Part shown: piece after piece, positions 1-12,863 of the stretch
Layout of the letters: each line of letters begins with the position of its first letter
Numbering within the stretch: the stretch's first letter is position 1
Origin: Blepharisma stoltei ATCC 30299
Lineage: Eukaryota; Protista; Ciliophora
Direction: 5' to 3'
DNA: 64,000 bases
Assembly: GCA_965603825.1 (NCBI GenBank)
Contig: CBFDEM010000057.1
Span: 620,001 to 684,000, forward strand
Program-made: the position numbers and the translations under genes
The notes under the pieces: model-generated
Seen by the model: only the letters and a program-made list of their open reading frames with translations
What the model was told of the DNA's origin: nothing
Databases searched by the model: none

Positions 1-3000
1 TACTAATTGTAGAAGTCTGTACTTGGCTTAAAGCTAGCCCAGCACATGCACTTTCTAATGTTGCACTCACATTCCCATTGAGTTTTTCTTTTACAGAGGT
101 TTTTACCCTCTTGAAAATTTCTGAAGTCATAAAAGTGATTATTTTTACCTGGGCCAAGCAAAATGCTATTAACGTTGCAGCACCTGCACAGTAAGGCAAA
201 AATATATCAGGGTTAAGCACTGCTCCTAATATAAACCACATTAATGCATTCACAAATAGCATCACAATAATTCCAGCAATAAATAATAACGCGAAATAAT
301 GGGCAAATTGAGAAAGTTTTCTATATCCTGTAATCCCTGCTAGCAAGGTGTCTGCCCTGGCTGGGAAAACTTGATAGATGTAATATGTGTAAAGCTCAAC
401 AATAGAAATTACTAATAAAATAGCCGACACTATTAGCATCACCCAAAGAATTGTTTCTAAGTATTCAAATTTTGACGGCATCAAATACCATGCACTTTTC
501 ATATCAATTTTGGTCAGAATATAGTCAGGATTTCTTGCAGAAGTTTCAGCATGCTTTGTTTCTGTTAAAAGCGGAGTTAAAGATAGCGGCAATACTATCC
601 ACACACACAAAATCACATGCAGAATGGCTACGCAGCAATCTGCACAATACCAACATTTCCCTAGAGGGCTAACATCTTTATCGCCTTCTTTATATACAAA
701 TGCTGATAAATCTATCCTATATCGTCCTCCAGCTTTTAAATGGGTTATTTGTAGCCTCTCAAAAATACTCCCCATAGCGCCCATCGCTCTTTTAGTAATA
801 GGAACAGCATCAGTCACCTGCTCAGCCCTGCAAAACTTCTCATACTCGCTTTGGAAATCTTTAACATAAATTACATCAGCATTAAATGGAGATAAATTGC
901 ACCTCGACCTGACGAAAAAGCTTAAAGAGTCTTCATTTGGCATTTGTGCAGGCTTTCCAAGCTCAATTAATTCTTTTCTATTTTTAAAAAAGATTTTTCT
1001 GAAAACTTCAGTAGAGGTATCGTTGACAGTAAAAAATTCCATCTCAAGATCAGTGAATTTCTCTTTATTTTCTTTAAGATTTTTTTCGACATATCCTTTT
1101 GCAAAGCAGAATTCTTCATACTTTGACTTTACATCTACCAATTTTAATGTTTGTATCGGCACTTCTTCGCCTTCTGGTACTTCTTTTACAACTTTTTGTA
1201 AAAACAAAGACAATGAGTCTGCGTTTGATTGAGAACTTTGAGTTATTAGAATATCAGGAATTGCATAAGGAGGCAATAAGCAGCCCTCCCCAGGGACTTG
1301 GTCTTCCTCTTCTTTTCCTTCATTTCCTTCAACTTCTTCTTTTTCATTTTCGTTATTTTCGTTATTTTCATCATTTTCTTCATCATCTTCATCTAATTCG
1401 TTTAAAATTTCTTTGGCAGATCTATTATCTCTTATTCTTGTTTCCACTGTATTTCTGAGCACTAAAAACCTTCTTTTATGCTCTAATTTTCTCCATACAA
1501 TATCAGCGAGATTTTTTAGAAAAATGTAAAAGCCAAAAGCACCGCCAAGCCCACACACAAAGCCGAGAAACAAACTAATAGAAAGAGCAGCTAATAAAAA
1601 TGGGTTATCAGTGAGCTTAATAAGGTGTTTTGACAGCTGTAGGGTTTTTGTCCGAGAAAATTTGTATCAGTTGTCACTTGTTTTGCTTGTTTCCATTCAT
1701 ATGAGGAGGTCAGAATCTCTTGCTGACCACATGTCATAGAGTGTGTTATACATAGTGCTGATTGTGGAGTTGGTTAATTTTGTATTGGTTAAAGGGTAGC
1801 TTAAAGGAAGAATCCTTATGTTAATAGAATATATATCAGGGACTAGTAGTCCAAAAGATATTAATGACAGCCACCAAGGCTTCATTTGAGCATATGCCTC
1901 ATTTGTAGTAAAAAGCCATTTTCCATTATCTTCATAGATCCCAGGCATGTTCATAATTGCTAGCACGTCTTTGTTGATCCCTGCGTTAAATGTATCATTT
2001 GCGATTTTATCAATAACCACGTGGCCTTTTAAGTCAACAATTGGGACTTCGTCGCCTGAAATCATTTTATAGCCTGGCTGGAGCTCTCCTCCACTTATTA
2101 AATTCCAATATATAGCACCATTGCTTATTTTTACATCAAATGATCTTGTGTTTTTGCAAGGGCTTGAGGAGCATACATAATGAGCCCCTTCACAGCTTTC
2201 AACTGTATAAGAAGTGTCATTGGTATACCAATATTTTGAAGTAATACACTCATCTGTAGATCCTGCTACTATACTGGGCCCAGCAAAGCAGTAATACCCA
2301 GAATATGTGGTAGATCAGCTAATATAAGAATCTTTAGGGGTTTGTATTCATAGATCTCCATCTGTTATATCAATATTTCCACTGGTAGCAGTTAAGCTTT
2401 CAATAGTTACAGTCCCACTTAAGTTTACTGATAAATCACCTGTATTAACCTCTTTTAATTTGATTCTGCTTTGTAAAATATTTCCATTATCATCAGCATA
2501 AGTATTTGCTGTGAAACTGCTAAAACTGATATCATCATCAACTTGCTCAATCCAGCACAAATGCACGCACTCAAAAGTGATATCTGGGAAGATTCCATTT
2601 GAGGTTAATTTAATTTCACATGTCTCCAAATCTTCATAGTAGTTTTCAGCAGAAAGGATGCCAGGTTCTGCTTTTGCTGTGTCATTTGAAGGATTCCGAA
2701 ATGCATTTACATATGCCTTTACCTCATTCTCAGATAATGATAAATCTTTATAAAGCTTTATTTTACAGTCATGAACTGCAACTACTAGAGATGAGTCTGT
2801 AAAGGTTGCGTTCAGCTCAAATTGACTACCTATTGCGTAGGTGTAGAAAGAAATAAAAATAATGAAAAGAAAGATCGTTATGTATGTAATCCTCACTGAT
2901 TTCCTTAAGTTAGCTAAGCAGGTGTTTGACAGCTTGCCTGAGCCTAATGATCTCCATGTACCCATAACTGAAGTGAGACTTTTTTTGAGAAGCGGGACCT

Positions 3001-3106
3001 TTTCTTGGACTGGTTGGTCTGGATCTGGCAGATCTTCGCAGTTTTGAACAAGTATAGTAGGCTCTGGGGCTACCTTAGGACTTTTCGCTCGATCTGGTTC
3101 TAGCAT
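1..3106 (-). CDS. Large multi-pass membrane protein of unknown function, 3' end beyond the window (>1030 aa)
   Basis: ATG at 3106. ORFs 2348-3106 and 1697-2065 are in one frame, separated only by TGA (2348, 1697, 1667 etc.), and the frame stays open to position 1. Architecture: N-terminal TM, a Cys-containing extracellular region, a TM, an acidic tract, then several TMs (..WFILGAVLNPDIFLPYCAGAATLI..). Confidence 0.85.
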
Positions 3107-3666
3107 AAATTTTTATTGTAAAAACGGTTTCATGACGACAGAAATTAAGATAAAATTAATATCATGTATTCTTGAAGAAGCTATAAACTAGAAGTAAAAT
3201 AGGAAATAATGTTTTAGACAATGATATAATGAGCGTTTTCGATAAAAACGCTTAATTTTTCTAATAGGTTGGGTTTAAGTGCTGCAATTAGAAGGATAAT
3301 AAATATGAAAGATGAGACTAATTAATATGTTGCTTTAATTTACATAATTTCGTTGCCTTAGTTGTCCAAATGATAACTATTCCATATGCGGACCAAAATC
3401 TAAATGTGGAGTCTTTATACTTGAATAAATACATATTGAGTTTTAGTTCTAAAATTGGCAATAAGAAAATAATATTTATATATTTTATTGTTCTTAATGA
3501 TTTAACTAAAGCGACCTATTCCAATGAAAAATGCTTCTTGAAGGTATAAAATTTATATAGTCTCTTAATATGATATATATAGTAAAAATTAAGCGATATA
3601 AAATATTAATGACTCGATATTAAAATACCTAGCAGTTTCAATAAAAAGCTAATTAATACCAAAATA

Positions 3667-4458
3667 ATGCTTTTCACTCGATCAAAATTCAGAATATTTT
3701 CAAGCACAGAACTATTTAAGCTCTCTTCTGTGTTTAAATTTCAGTCGAATTATCAACAGACATACTCTCTCAATTGATTATAATAATGATATTGACATAA
3801 ATAGGGACTATTTCGACTGGTATCACGATAAATTCTCATATTTTTTTGAGGCAATCAAATGTTAATATTATTACCGAAGGGATCTTGTACAAAAAGCTGA
3901 TTGATAAATGATTTTGGTAAAAACACTTCGAAATTGCTAAATCAGCAACAACAAAAATCTCCGTCAAAAATAATTCCAGCTCCTAAATAAATAGATTAAT
4001 AAAATTCAAGCAAATATAATTACTTCTTATATTTAATTTATTCCTCTTATAAAATAACAAGCACTTGCTTTTTTACTAAGATATTTTTATGCTACTGAAA
4101 ATGAAGTTCTAAAACATCTGAAGGAGTACTAGCAGTTTAAGGCTATCAATTTCCTATAGTAGAGCGAAATATTGATAAAATTGTGAAGTGGTAAAAAATC
4201 AAGTATGGAAAAAATAGTTACTTACGCATTTACTCACCATTTAATGAAATTTCACCTCCAGAGTCAATAAATACATGCAGAAATTATGAGAATTAAAAGA
4301 ACATATATGCATGGCCAGCCATAAGAACTCATACCACAATCAACTTGAAAATTATTTCGAGAAAATTAAATTTCACTGAGCTGAATGATAAAAAAGTCAT
4401 AAGATTTCCTAATAGTTATCGTATAGGAAGATTGAATATTAATTTAGCTTCTTTTTAA
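3667..4458 (+). pseudogene. Decayed tandem paralog of the methyltransferase domain of the downstream gene
   Basis: Fragments match the 4548 gene in order: MLFTRSKFRIFSSTELF ~ MKLLRRSSQRFFSKDLF; SEGVLAV*GYQFPIVERNIDKIV (TAA 4138-4140) ~ TDGIIAAWSYQLPEVSSEIDKIM; KVIRFPNSYRIGRLNI ~ KTVKFPMKFLIGRLQF. Multiple stops and frameshifts. Confidence 0.7.
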
Positions 4459-4547
4459 ATTTCCAATAAAAATAATGATAATTTTAGCTAATTTCCATTT
4501 ATATATCAAGATCTTATGGACTAAGCCACTTATTCTTTAATTAAAAT

Positions 4548-7166
4548 ATGAAGCTATTGAGAAGATCAAGCCAAAGATTTTTCTCAAAAGACCTATTTTC
4601 AGGCTTTTCTGATTCATATGCAAAGTACAGGCCAGACTATCCTGAAGATTTATTTACACATTTATCGTCGCTCACAAATAATCATTTAGTCGCATGAGAC
4701 GTCGCTACCGGCTCAGGCCAAGCTGCAAAATCTCTATCTAAATATTATTCAACCGTAATAGCCACAGATTCCAGCGCAAGTCAAATAAATAGCGCCTTGC
4801 CAAAAGACTCCTCAAACTCACTAATTTTCGAGCATCTCCCAGCAGAATTGCCAAAAGAAGTAGTTGACTCTCATAAGTATTTGACGTATAACAACGTAGA
4901 TTTAATTACAGTTGCCCAAGCCATGCATTGATTTAATTTAGAAAAATTTTATGATGTTGTGTATAAGGTCTTGAAGACTGATGGAATTATTGCAGCTTGG
5001 AGTTATCAATTGCCTGAAGTTAGCAGTGAAATTGATAAAATTATGATGGAAATATATGAAAATGTGCTAGGGGAAAAATATTGGAGTCCGCTGCTGAAGC
5101 ATGTAGATAATGGATATGCAAATTTAGATTTTCCATTTGATAGAAATGTCTCTTTACCACCTACAAAGGAAATTATAAAAGAATGGAATTTTGAGGATTA
5201 TTGGAATTATCTGCATACTTGGTCTGGCTTGCAAACAGCTATTAAAAACTCAAACCAAGATCCTTCACAGCCATTTTATGATAAATTTTTAGAGATTTGG
5301 GGTAAAAATGAAGTTAAAACAGTAAAGTTTCCAATGAAATTTTTAATAGGTAGGCTTCAATTTGATAAGGAAATTACTGAGGACACGAGCATAAAAGAAA
5401 TAAACAGCTATATAAAAAGATTTTCTTTTTTCCGAGCTTCACAATCAGTGTCTGCTTTAAATACAGTAAAGCATCTTATAAATAAAATTTCCAATCATTT
5501 TGATGTGCCAACTGATGAAGAAATAACTGATATTCTAGAATATTTAACAGAAATAAAAGATTTACCAATAAAAGCAGAAAGCGACAATTTAATTATGTCA
5601 CTATTGAAATATATGGTCTTGAGAAGAAATGAAGAATTTCTTATTAAATATATCAGTTTCCTAAGCAAAGTCACAATAAATGATTCAAATTTATCTAATT
5701 TTATGGATTATGTCGATCCATTTATTACTCTTATTGTCAAAGGAAGCTTAGAAATTTTTGCGAAGCCATTTTTTAATAATATATGCAGTTATTTGAATAG
5801 TATCCCTTCAATTTCTTTAAAAAACAAAGAAATAGTCCACTTAGCAGCTTCGCTAGCAAGGGCTGAAGGTATTAATTCTCGACTAGCTGACAAAATCATT
5901 TATATGAGTATGAATTGGGACTGTAAAGAAAGTTGAAACGATATAATAGTGCTTTCATCTTGCACTAGAGACGAAAAAATATGGCAATATATCCGAAAAT
6001 CAATTCTTCCTCAAACGGCCTCTACCTTAATATCAGCTCCCAAAAATCTTTTTATTAAAAATGTTGTGAATTATTATTATTGGCCACATTATGAGAAAGA
6101 ATTACACGATATGGCATTCAAGTGCATTTGCAAATTTTTTGAGAGAAAAGATTTAAAATGGGAAGATGTTGAAGAAGTTTATAGTTTTGTGACGGATAGA
6201 TTTGAAGTTAGGCATCTGGAACACAAAAAAGCGCTGCTCTATGGTTCGTTAAAATTATACGGAATTCTCTATGAACCAAAAAAAATTAATCAAATTTTGG
6301 ACATTTTGACATTCATATCAAAAATTTCAACTAGAGAATTTGGGACTTTTGCCGCTCTTTATGCTGACTTAGGTATGAATTATTTTAAATTCACAGATAG
6401 AGAAAAAGTTACAATATTAGAATGCTTAGGGAAAAGAAGCGTACAAAACAGTGAAATTTTTGAAACAATTTGTAGCGAAATTCTTGCTGGCCCAGAAAAA
6501 TATTCTAAATATTATCCTCAAATTTTAAATGCAATTGCAGAAGCAAATTATGAAAACGAGCCTTGGGCTGAACATATAAAAAAATTAATTTCAGATTACG
6601 TGATTAATAACCCCAACTTATTGCAAAAAGACCATAACTCACTAAAATTGTTGTGGGCCCTGATTAAGTGTGATGCACCTCTAAATGCTATAGAAATAGC
6701 AGCAAAATTAGTCCCTGAAGTAGATATGTGAAAGAAAAGCTATTTAAAAAGATTAGCCTGCTACTATTATTTCGCTGATAAAAATATTGAATTTGGCAAA
6801 AAAACAGAGTTTGAAGCGATAAAAAATATATTGAAAAACGAGAATGAATGGTCTATGAAAAAAAATTGGACAAATAATATCGTTCAAGCGTTCAATAAAT
6901 ATAATGTTAATTATTCATTATTTGAAGAAATAGATGGGTTTATCTGTCCAATAGGATTGCCAAGCTTGAAGACTTCTATTTTTATCACAACAAATCAAAA
7001 TATGAATTACGAAAAAGATTTGCCAAGAGGAGATTTTGCGATGCTAGAGAGGTTGAAAGAAAAAAAAGGAATTAGGTGCTTGCAGATTAACGGGGAATGG
7101 ATGAAATATGAAAAAGGGGATATGCTTGATGAATGGCTGGCATCAAATTCAATCATTAGTAAATAA
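4548..7166 (+). CDS. Class I SAM-dependent methyltransferase (Methyltransf_11-like) fused to a helical region and a C-terminal RAP-like domain; 872 aa, probable mitochondrial presequence
   Basis: ATG 4548, TAA 7164-7166. All ORF-track pieces (4959, 5949, 6831) are in frame via TGA. Motifs YAKYRPDYP, AW(TGA 4695)DVATGSGQAA, VDLITVAQAMHW(TGA 4929)F and YLHTWSG. C-terminal SIFITTNQN..PRGDFAMLERLKEKKGIRCLQINGEW resembles RAP. Confidence 0.85.
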
Positions 7167-7532
7167 ACAAAAATTTATATTTATTATTAGAAATCCATAC
7201 TATAAAATTATTTTTATTTTGTTAATTAGAAAAATAATTATATTGTCTATTTTAATACATGAACCAACAATAGCTCTAATTCATTTTTATAAAAATTCAA
7301 ATTCTATTGTTTGATCATTTTAATTGAAATATTTTTAGCATTCAATTAACTCCATAATTATTAAAATCGTATTTAAATACTTTCTTAATATTTTTAAATT
7401 CTTGTTTTTTTATTTCTCCTTTAATGTCACCATAATTTTTTTCGTTAACTGCTTCACTTTAGCTCTCTTCACATTCTGGCCAATCTCTTACACATTTATT
7501 CTTATTACTATCTTATAATTTCTTATTTTAAT

Positions 7533-9191
7533 ATGAGTGCATCATGAACTATTGGGAGCCAAAATCAAACATCAGAATTAAAAAACTACAGCCTTCCTGG
7601 CATAATATCATATCTTAGTGAGCACTGTAAATCAATAGAAATCGAGCGGACACATTGACTAGTCGAGAAAAAACAGCTAACTGAAAAGGTAGCTCAGCTT
7701 GAAGGAGAAAATAAGTCTCAAGATAATATTATTAAGGATTTAACTCGAAGAATAAAAATGCTAGAGTATTCTTTACGACAAGAACGCATAAAATATGCAA
7801 AATTAACCGGAGGCCATCATAGGGTGAACTCAGATGTGATTACAAGTATTTTATCTCGGGATGAAAAAAATGGAGAAGGCTCCGCAAATGCTCCTCCAAA
7901 GCACAAAACGAGGGCTCATAGACAATTATTGTCTAAATATTTACAAGAATTAGGACTTGATGATATTTTCAGCGGAGATCTGCCTCCAAGGCCGTCATTG
8001 ACGCATCATAGGTCAAGCAAAAGCTACGGAAGTGGCATCCAAGCTTTAATTGAGCCTCCTGAAGTAGAAAATAAACCAATTCCTAAGCCAGAACCTGTAA
8101 AATCTTCTTCCATAATTGAAGAAAAAAGCAAGCGGTTATGAGAACTCAAAGCTACTCTAAAATCTCACATGGATGGCGTCAGAAGTGTATATTTCGCCCC
8201 AAAAAATGGAATTCTAGCGACTTCATCTGAAGATTGTGTAATAAAGCTTTGGGATATTTCCAATTATGAATCTCTAAATGAAAGCAGCTTTTTTGAGCCT
8301 TATTTTACTTTAAGAGGTCATAAAGGACCTATCTTTTGTAGCACAGGCAATCAGATAGGAAATGAGCAGATGCTATATACAGCTGGAAAAGAAGGAAATA
8401 TTCGGGTATGGGATTTAAGGCCATCTAATGAAATTGATACTTATAGCCCAGGACCAGATAGAGGTTGTTGTGTAGGTGTATGGGCAAGCCATAATGAGCC
8501 TGTCTGGGACTTGCAGCACCATCCTGTGGATAATCTTTTATTGTCTGTAAGCTCAGATGGTGTCACCAAGTTATGGAAGACTATAGATTCCAGAACTTCT
8601 ATTGAAAATTGAGTTGAAGGCAGAGCAAGCTCAAATTTGCTGAAAAATTACACGTTTCCTATAAGTGATGATGATTTTCATACCCCAACTTGTTGTGCTT
8701 GGATTATGACTGAGCTAAATTCTTTCGTGGTCGGCTATACAAGCCCATTTTTGAATATTTATGATAACCAAACTGGCAAGCCAACAATAATAAAATTTGT
8801 AAAAGAGCAAAATGCGCCCTTAGCCACTTATCAAATAAATTCAATAGTAACTGATCCAAATCACAGCCTAGCTGTATCTGGGCATGAAGATAAGCATATA
8901 AGGTTTTTTGATTTAAATAGCTGCACTTGTATAAAAGATTTGGTTGGACATACAGAATCAGTCAGCTCACTACTTATGGACAAATATGGGAATTATGTGA
9001 TTTCTGGAGGACATGATGGGAGCTTGAGGTTTTGGGATATGAGGAATTATCAGTGCTTGCATGAAATTCCAGCTCATAGAAAGAAATATGATGAAGGAGT
9101 GTTTTCAATTGCACAGCATCAAAATCTGCCGATTTTGGCATCTGGAGGCGCTGATTCTTTGGTGAAGCTTTATAATATGTCTGAAGAGTAA
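7533..9191 (+). CDS. STRN: Striatin-family protein (striatin coiled coil plus WD40), 552 aa
   Basis: YSLPGIISYLSEH..ERTHW(TGA)LVEKKQL..DLTRRIKMLEYSLRQER is the striatin N-terminal signature. WD40 repeats end in HRKKYDEGV..LASGGADSLVKLY. ORF pieces are joined in frame by TGA. Confidence 0.93.
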
Positions 9192-9279
9192 TAAAATAAA
9201 TAAATGTTTGTATAGCAATAATTTGACGCGTATGAATAAATAACTGCTGAAATGATGAAAATAGTAAAAAATAAAAAGA

Positions 9280-9352
9280 TTCCGCATCCGGGACTTGAAC
9301 CCGGGTCTACAGGGTGAGAGCCTGTTATCCTAACCAGCTAGACTAATGCGGA
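9280..9352 (-). tRNA. tRNA-Glu (anticodon CTC)
   Basis: Reverse complement TCCGCAT-TAGTCTAGCTGGTTAGGATA-ACAGG CT CTC AC CCTGT-AGAC-CCGGG TTCAAGT CCCGG-ATGCGGA-A folds as a full cloverleaf and is followed by a T-run. Confidence 0.96.
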
Positions 9353-9598
9353 GATATTCATCAAAAACAGTTTACCTATAAATACAATTCAGGATTGCCT
9401 TATTCTTTTATATATTTCTAACTTCCATTAAAATAGAAGTCAACTTCTCAAACTTTTTCTTTACATTTTATTATCATATTTATAACAAATTATCTTATAT
9501 TATATCACTTATAGTTACCTATAATAATATCTGCCACCTATCCAAACTATTGAAAACTTTATCTTCGCTTGATTAGTAGCATTAACTTTTTAAATAAT

Positions 9599-12485
9599 AT
9601 GAATAATCTGAACATGAAATCTTCAGACGCGTCTGCAAACATTTTCCCTACAAATAATCATTTAATTCCTTCAAAAGTATTTTTAACTGAAGCCAAGCAA
9701 GAAATTGACATCCCAGTAACTCCCTATTTAGCAAGGATTTGATGAGCATCCAGAATATGAACAAATGTTCAATGAGCAGCTTAAAAGATCTCAACTTATG
9801 AAAAATATAGGCATAGAATCAATTGGAAATCTCCCTGACAAAAGTGATTGAAAAGAAACTTATATTAAAAACCGTATTGAGCTAGAAAAAGCAAAAGCCT
9901 TTGAACGCCAAAGAATCCAAGACGAAAATTTTGAGAATCGGAGAAAACGGCAAGAAGAAATCAACCTTCAGCGGGAGATCACAACTAAAAGAAAATACGA
10001 CCAAGCCTTAAGGAAAATTAACTTTAAGCTGAATGATCCGAAATATACCCAAGCTCCTTTTTACCCTGGTTTCCGATTTTTTGAAGCCCTAATTACTGCA
10101 AAAAAATTTTCAGTCTCACTTTTATCAATAAATATCCCAAACACATTATATGTCCTAGAATCTCAATCCCACTGACTTTATACAAGTGAAAATGATGGGA
10201 AAATCAGGGATGAAAAAGAATTTTCAAAGCATCAAGTTTACACGTGCTTTGAAAACTTCCGTGATGAATCTTTTGATATTTGTGCAATTTTAAGGCACCC
10301 TACAAGCGTTTGTGATATGGAAGCTAATCCGCTTGGATGGGTGGAATTTTCAGATAAGCTATTAAAAGGGAACTTGACTAGTGGAACTATGATACAGAGA
10401 TATATAAGACCAAATGGAGAAAGACCAAGTGTTATTAGGCTGTTTTATATCAGCGAAACAAAAGATAATAAAGCTTCTTTTGCTTACTGCATAGTAAGTA
10501 GTATGAGAGCTATAGAACAATATTCGCAAGCGAAAAATATAGTGTGCAGCAATATAATTGGCGGCTTTGATATGTATCAAATGCATGGACTCGCCATTTC
10601 TGAACTTTTGAGCTCAGCCAAAAAAATTGTCAAATTTTTACAGTTTGCTTACTCAGTAAGAATAGAAGAAATTGTATTTGATTTTATCAGAGACAAAGAC
10701 GGAAAATTTTGATTTTTAGGTTGCAAAGGGTTTAATTTAGATTTAATTGTGCTAAAGTCAAGAGAATTAAGAATTGAGAGCCAAAAAGACAAATCGCAAG
10801 AAGAAATAGAAGACTTAAAAGAGCAAAGACTAAGTGCAATGCATTGCAAATTATGCTTGCTGCCTTTTAAACCACACGAATTAACGCACGTTTTGCCATT
10901 TAAAATGCTGTTATTATATAAAAGACATACAAAAAAGTCAGGAAGAAAAACTATGAAGCTTTCTCACATAAGACTTTTAGCTATAGATTTTTTAAGCCAT
11001 AGTGTAAGACTCTGCAATTTATGCTATATGCTAATAGTCCAAGAAAATGAATTGATAGAAGTAGAGACAAAATTGGCAAATTTATTAAACGTTGGCATCA
11101 AGCCTGAAGATCTAACTAGTCAGCCAACTTATAACCACCCTGCATTTTTACCAACACTAGCTATACAATGGCGAATTATGTTTTATTTCACAGGCATTGA
11201 TATCCCAATTTCTTGTATTTCTCATCAACTTTTTCTCCATTTTAAAATTTTTGAAAAAATCTACTCGATGTGTCTTTGTAAAGCAACTAATCATACTTCT
11301 CATATAAAACTATCAAAGGCGAGGCTATTTTATTTTTTTTCAATAGACAGCAAGCATGCAGAAAAATTATGCGCTATTGAAGAAATGGAGCTTTTTATAT
11401 CTAAAGGAGAAGATGGGTCAAAAATCATAGCTAGTGGGACTTCAAAACCATTAAGATTTTTCGGCTGTGAAATGCAAGAAGGTGATTCTATTACTCAGCC
11501 TCTAGAAGTTATATTATTTTCTCCTGATAAAAAATATTTCACACTAAAGCTTGTTGCAGGCATTGCAAGTGACCATAAGCTAAACCCTAGAACTTTGCAA
11601 ATAAACATAAGGAAATATCACAGTACATATATACCTGATGAATGCTATTTTTCATCAGATATTTTGCCAAATTCTTGGATGGAGATTTTTGACCCTGAGT
11701 ATAAAGAAAATGACGGGTCACAGATTTTGAGTTCTTCTGAAGAGCTTGACCAAGTTTATTCCCCTGCATTAGAAAAAGATTTGATTCTAAATACTCCATT
11801 TGGGTCAGGAAAGATTTTACATGTAAATGTTGATTTGAATTCTAGTCCAAGAAGCAAAAAAGAGACACCACGAAGCACTCAAGAGACACCAAAACTCTCT
11901 CCAATAAAAAATAAAAGAGAAATGCTAACTCTGAATATAAAAAAATTAAATTCAGATGGAAAATTATTAAAACCTCTGAAATCTACACAAAGTTCAAGGT
12001 CAGCTGCAAAATTATTCAAATCAAGCTCTCTTTCAAACACTCCATCTGCTAGACTAAATAGCTTATCTACAAGGGCCAGATCTGATGCATACTCAACTAA
12101 TGAAGAAAACACCAAAGAAGATGCTGCAAAAGAAGAAACTGACAAAGAGGACACAAAAAGTGAATTCGGTGAACTAAAATCCATTGTACAAAATTTTCTT
12201 TTTCAAAGAAACTTCAAAGAGCAGCGAATAAGTTTGCCTGTAAATATTGTAAACTCAGAATCTGCTAAAGAAATTAAAGATAAAAAATTGCCAGAAATTG
12301 CAAAATCAGAGTCTGTGAAAGAGATAATTAAAGAAGAAGCTAGGACAATAGATAGAAAAACTGGTAAGAAAAAGAAAGGCAAGAGACCTAAAACAGCTGG
12401 ATATTTAAAGATTGAGAAGAAAATTGGATTGGTGGACATTTATGCACCAAAAGAAATTGAAAATTTAAGAAAGATTTTTGAATAA
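9599..12485 (+). CDS. Uncharacterised 956-aa protein: coiled coil, ATP-grasp-like region, CxxC..CxxC zinc finger, possible C2-like domain, basic low-complexity tail; one 16-nt intron
   Basis: ATG 9599. Removing intron 9716-9731 puts it in frame with ORFs 10317 and 10749, which are joined by TGA (DGKFW FLG). Motifs INIPNT, MIQRYIRP, EIVFDFIRDKDGKFWFL, HCKLC..LCNLC. Confidence 0.8.
9716..9731 (+). other. 16-nt spliceosomal intron GTAACTCCCTATTTAG
   Basis: GT..AG with TA branch 6 nt from the 3' end. Removal restores the reading frame. Confidence 0.88.
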
Positions 12486-12572
12486 ATAATTAATAAAATA
12501 ATTGATTATTTTTAAAATACATGGCTGTATTGTTTGGTAATATTTAAGAGAAATTATTTAATTAATCCTGTC

Positions 12573-12646
12573 GCCGTGGTAGCTCAGCTGGGAGTAGCGT
12601 AAGACTGAAGATCTTAAGGTCCCCGGTTCAATCCCGGGTCACGGCA
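12573..12646 (+). tRNA. tRNA-Phe (anticodon GAA), with one extra nucleotide in the D-arm
   Basis: GCCGTGG/TCACGGC acceptor stem, TAAGA-CTGAAGA-TCTTA anticodon arm, CCCGG-TTCAATC-CCGGG T-arm, downstream TTTTTT terminator. Confidence 0.94.
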
Positions 12647-12863
12647 CTTTTTTCAAAAGCATAAATAGCCTTTTGCCATTTCTACTGAATAGCTCAGGAT
12701 ATGTCTTTCATATTAAATTATCTATATTGGCTTAATCTCAATCAAGTATCTTATTTATTTTTTATGAAAATTCCAGAAATCATATCCTTGCCTATTTTCA
12801 GCTCATGCCTGTAATAAAAAACTCTTATAAAAAACAAAGTTTTCTCTAATTCTCATTAATTAA

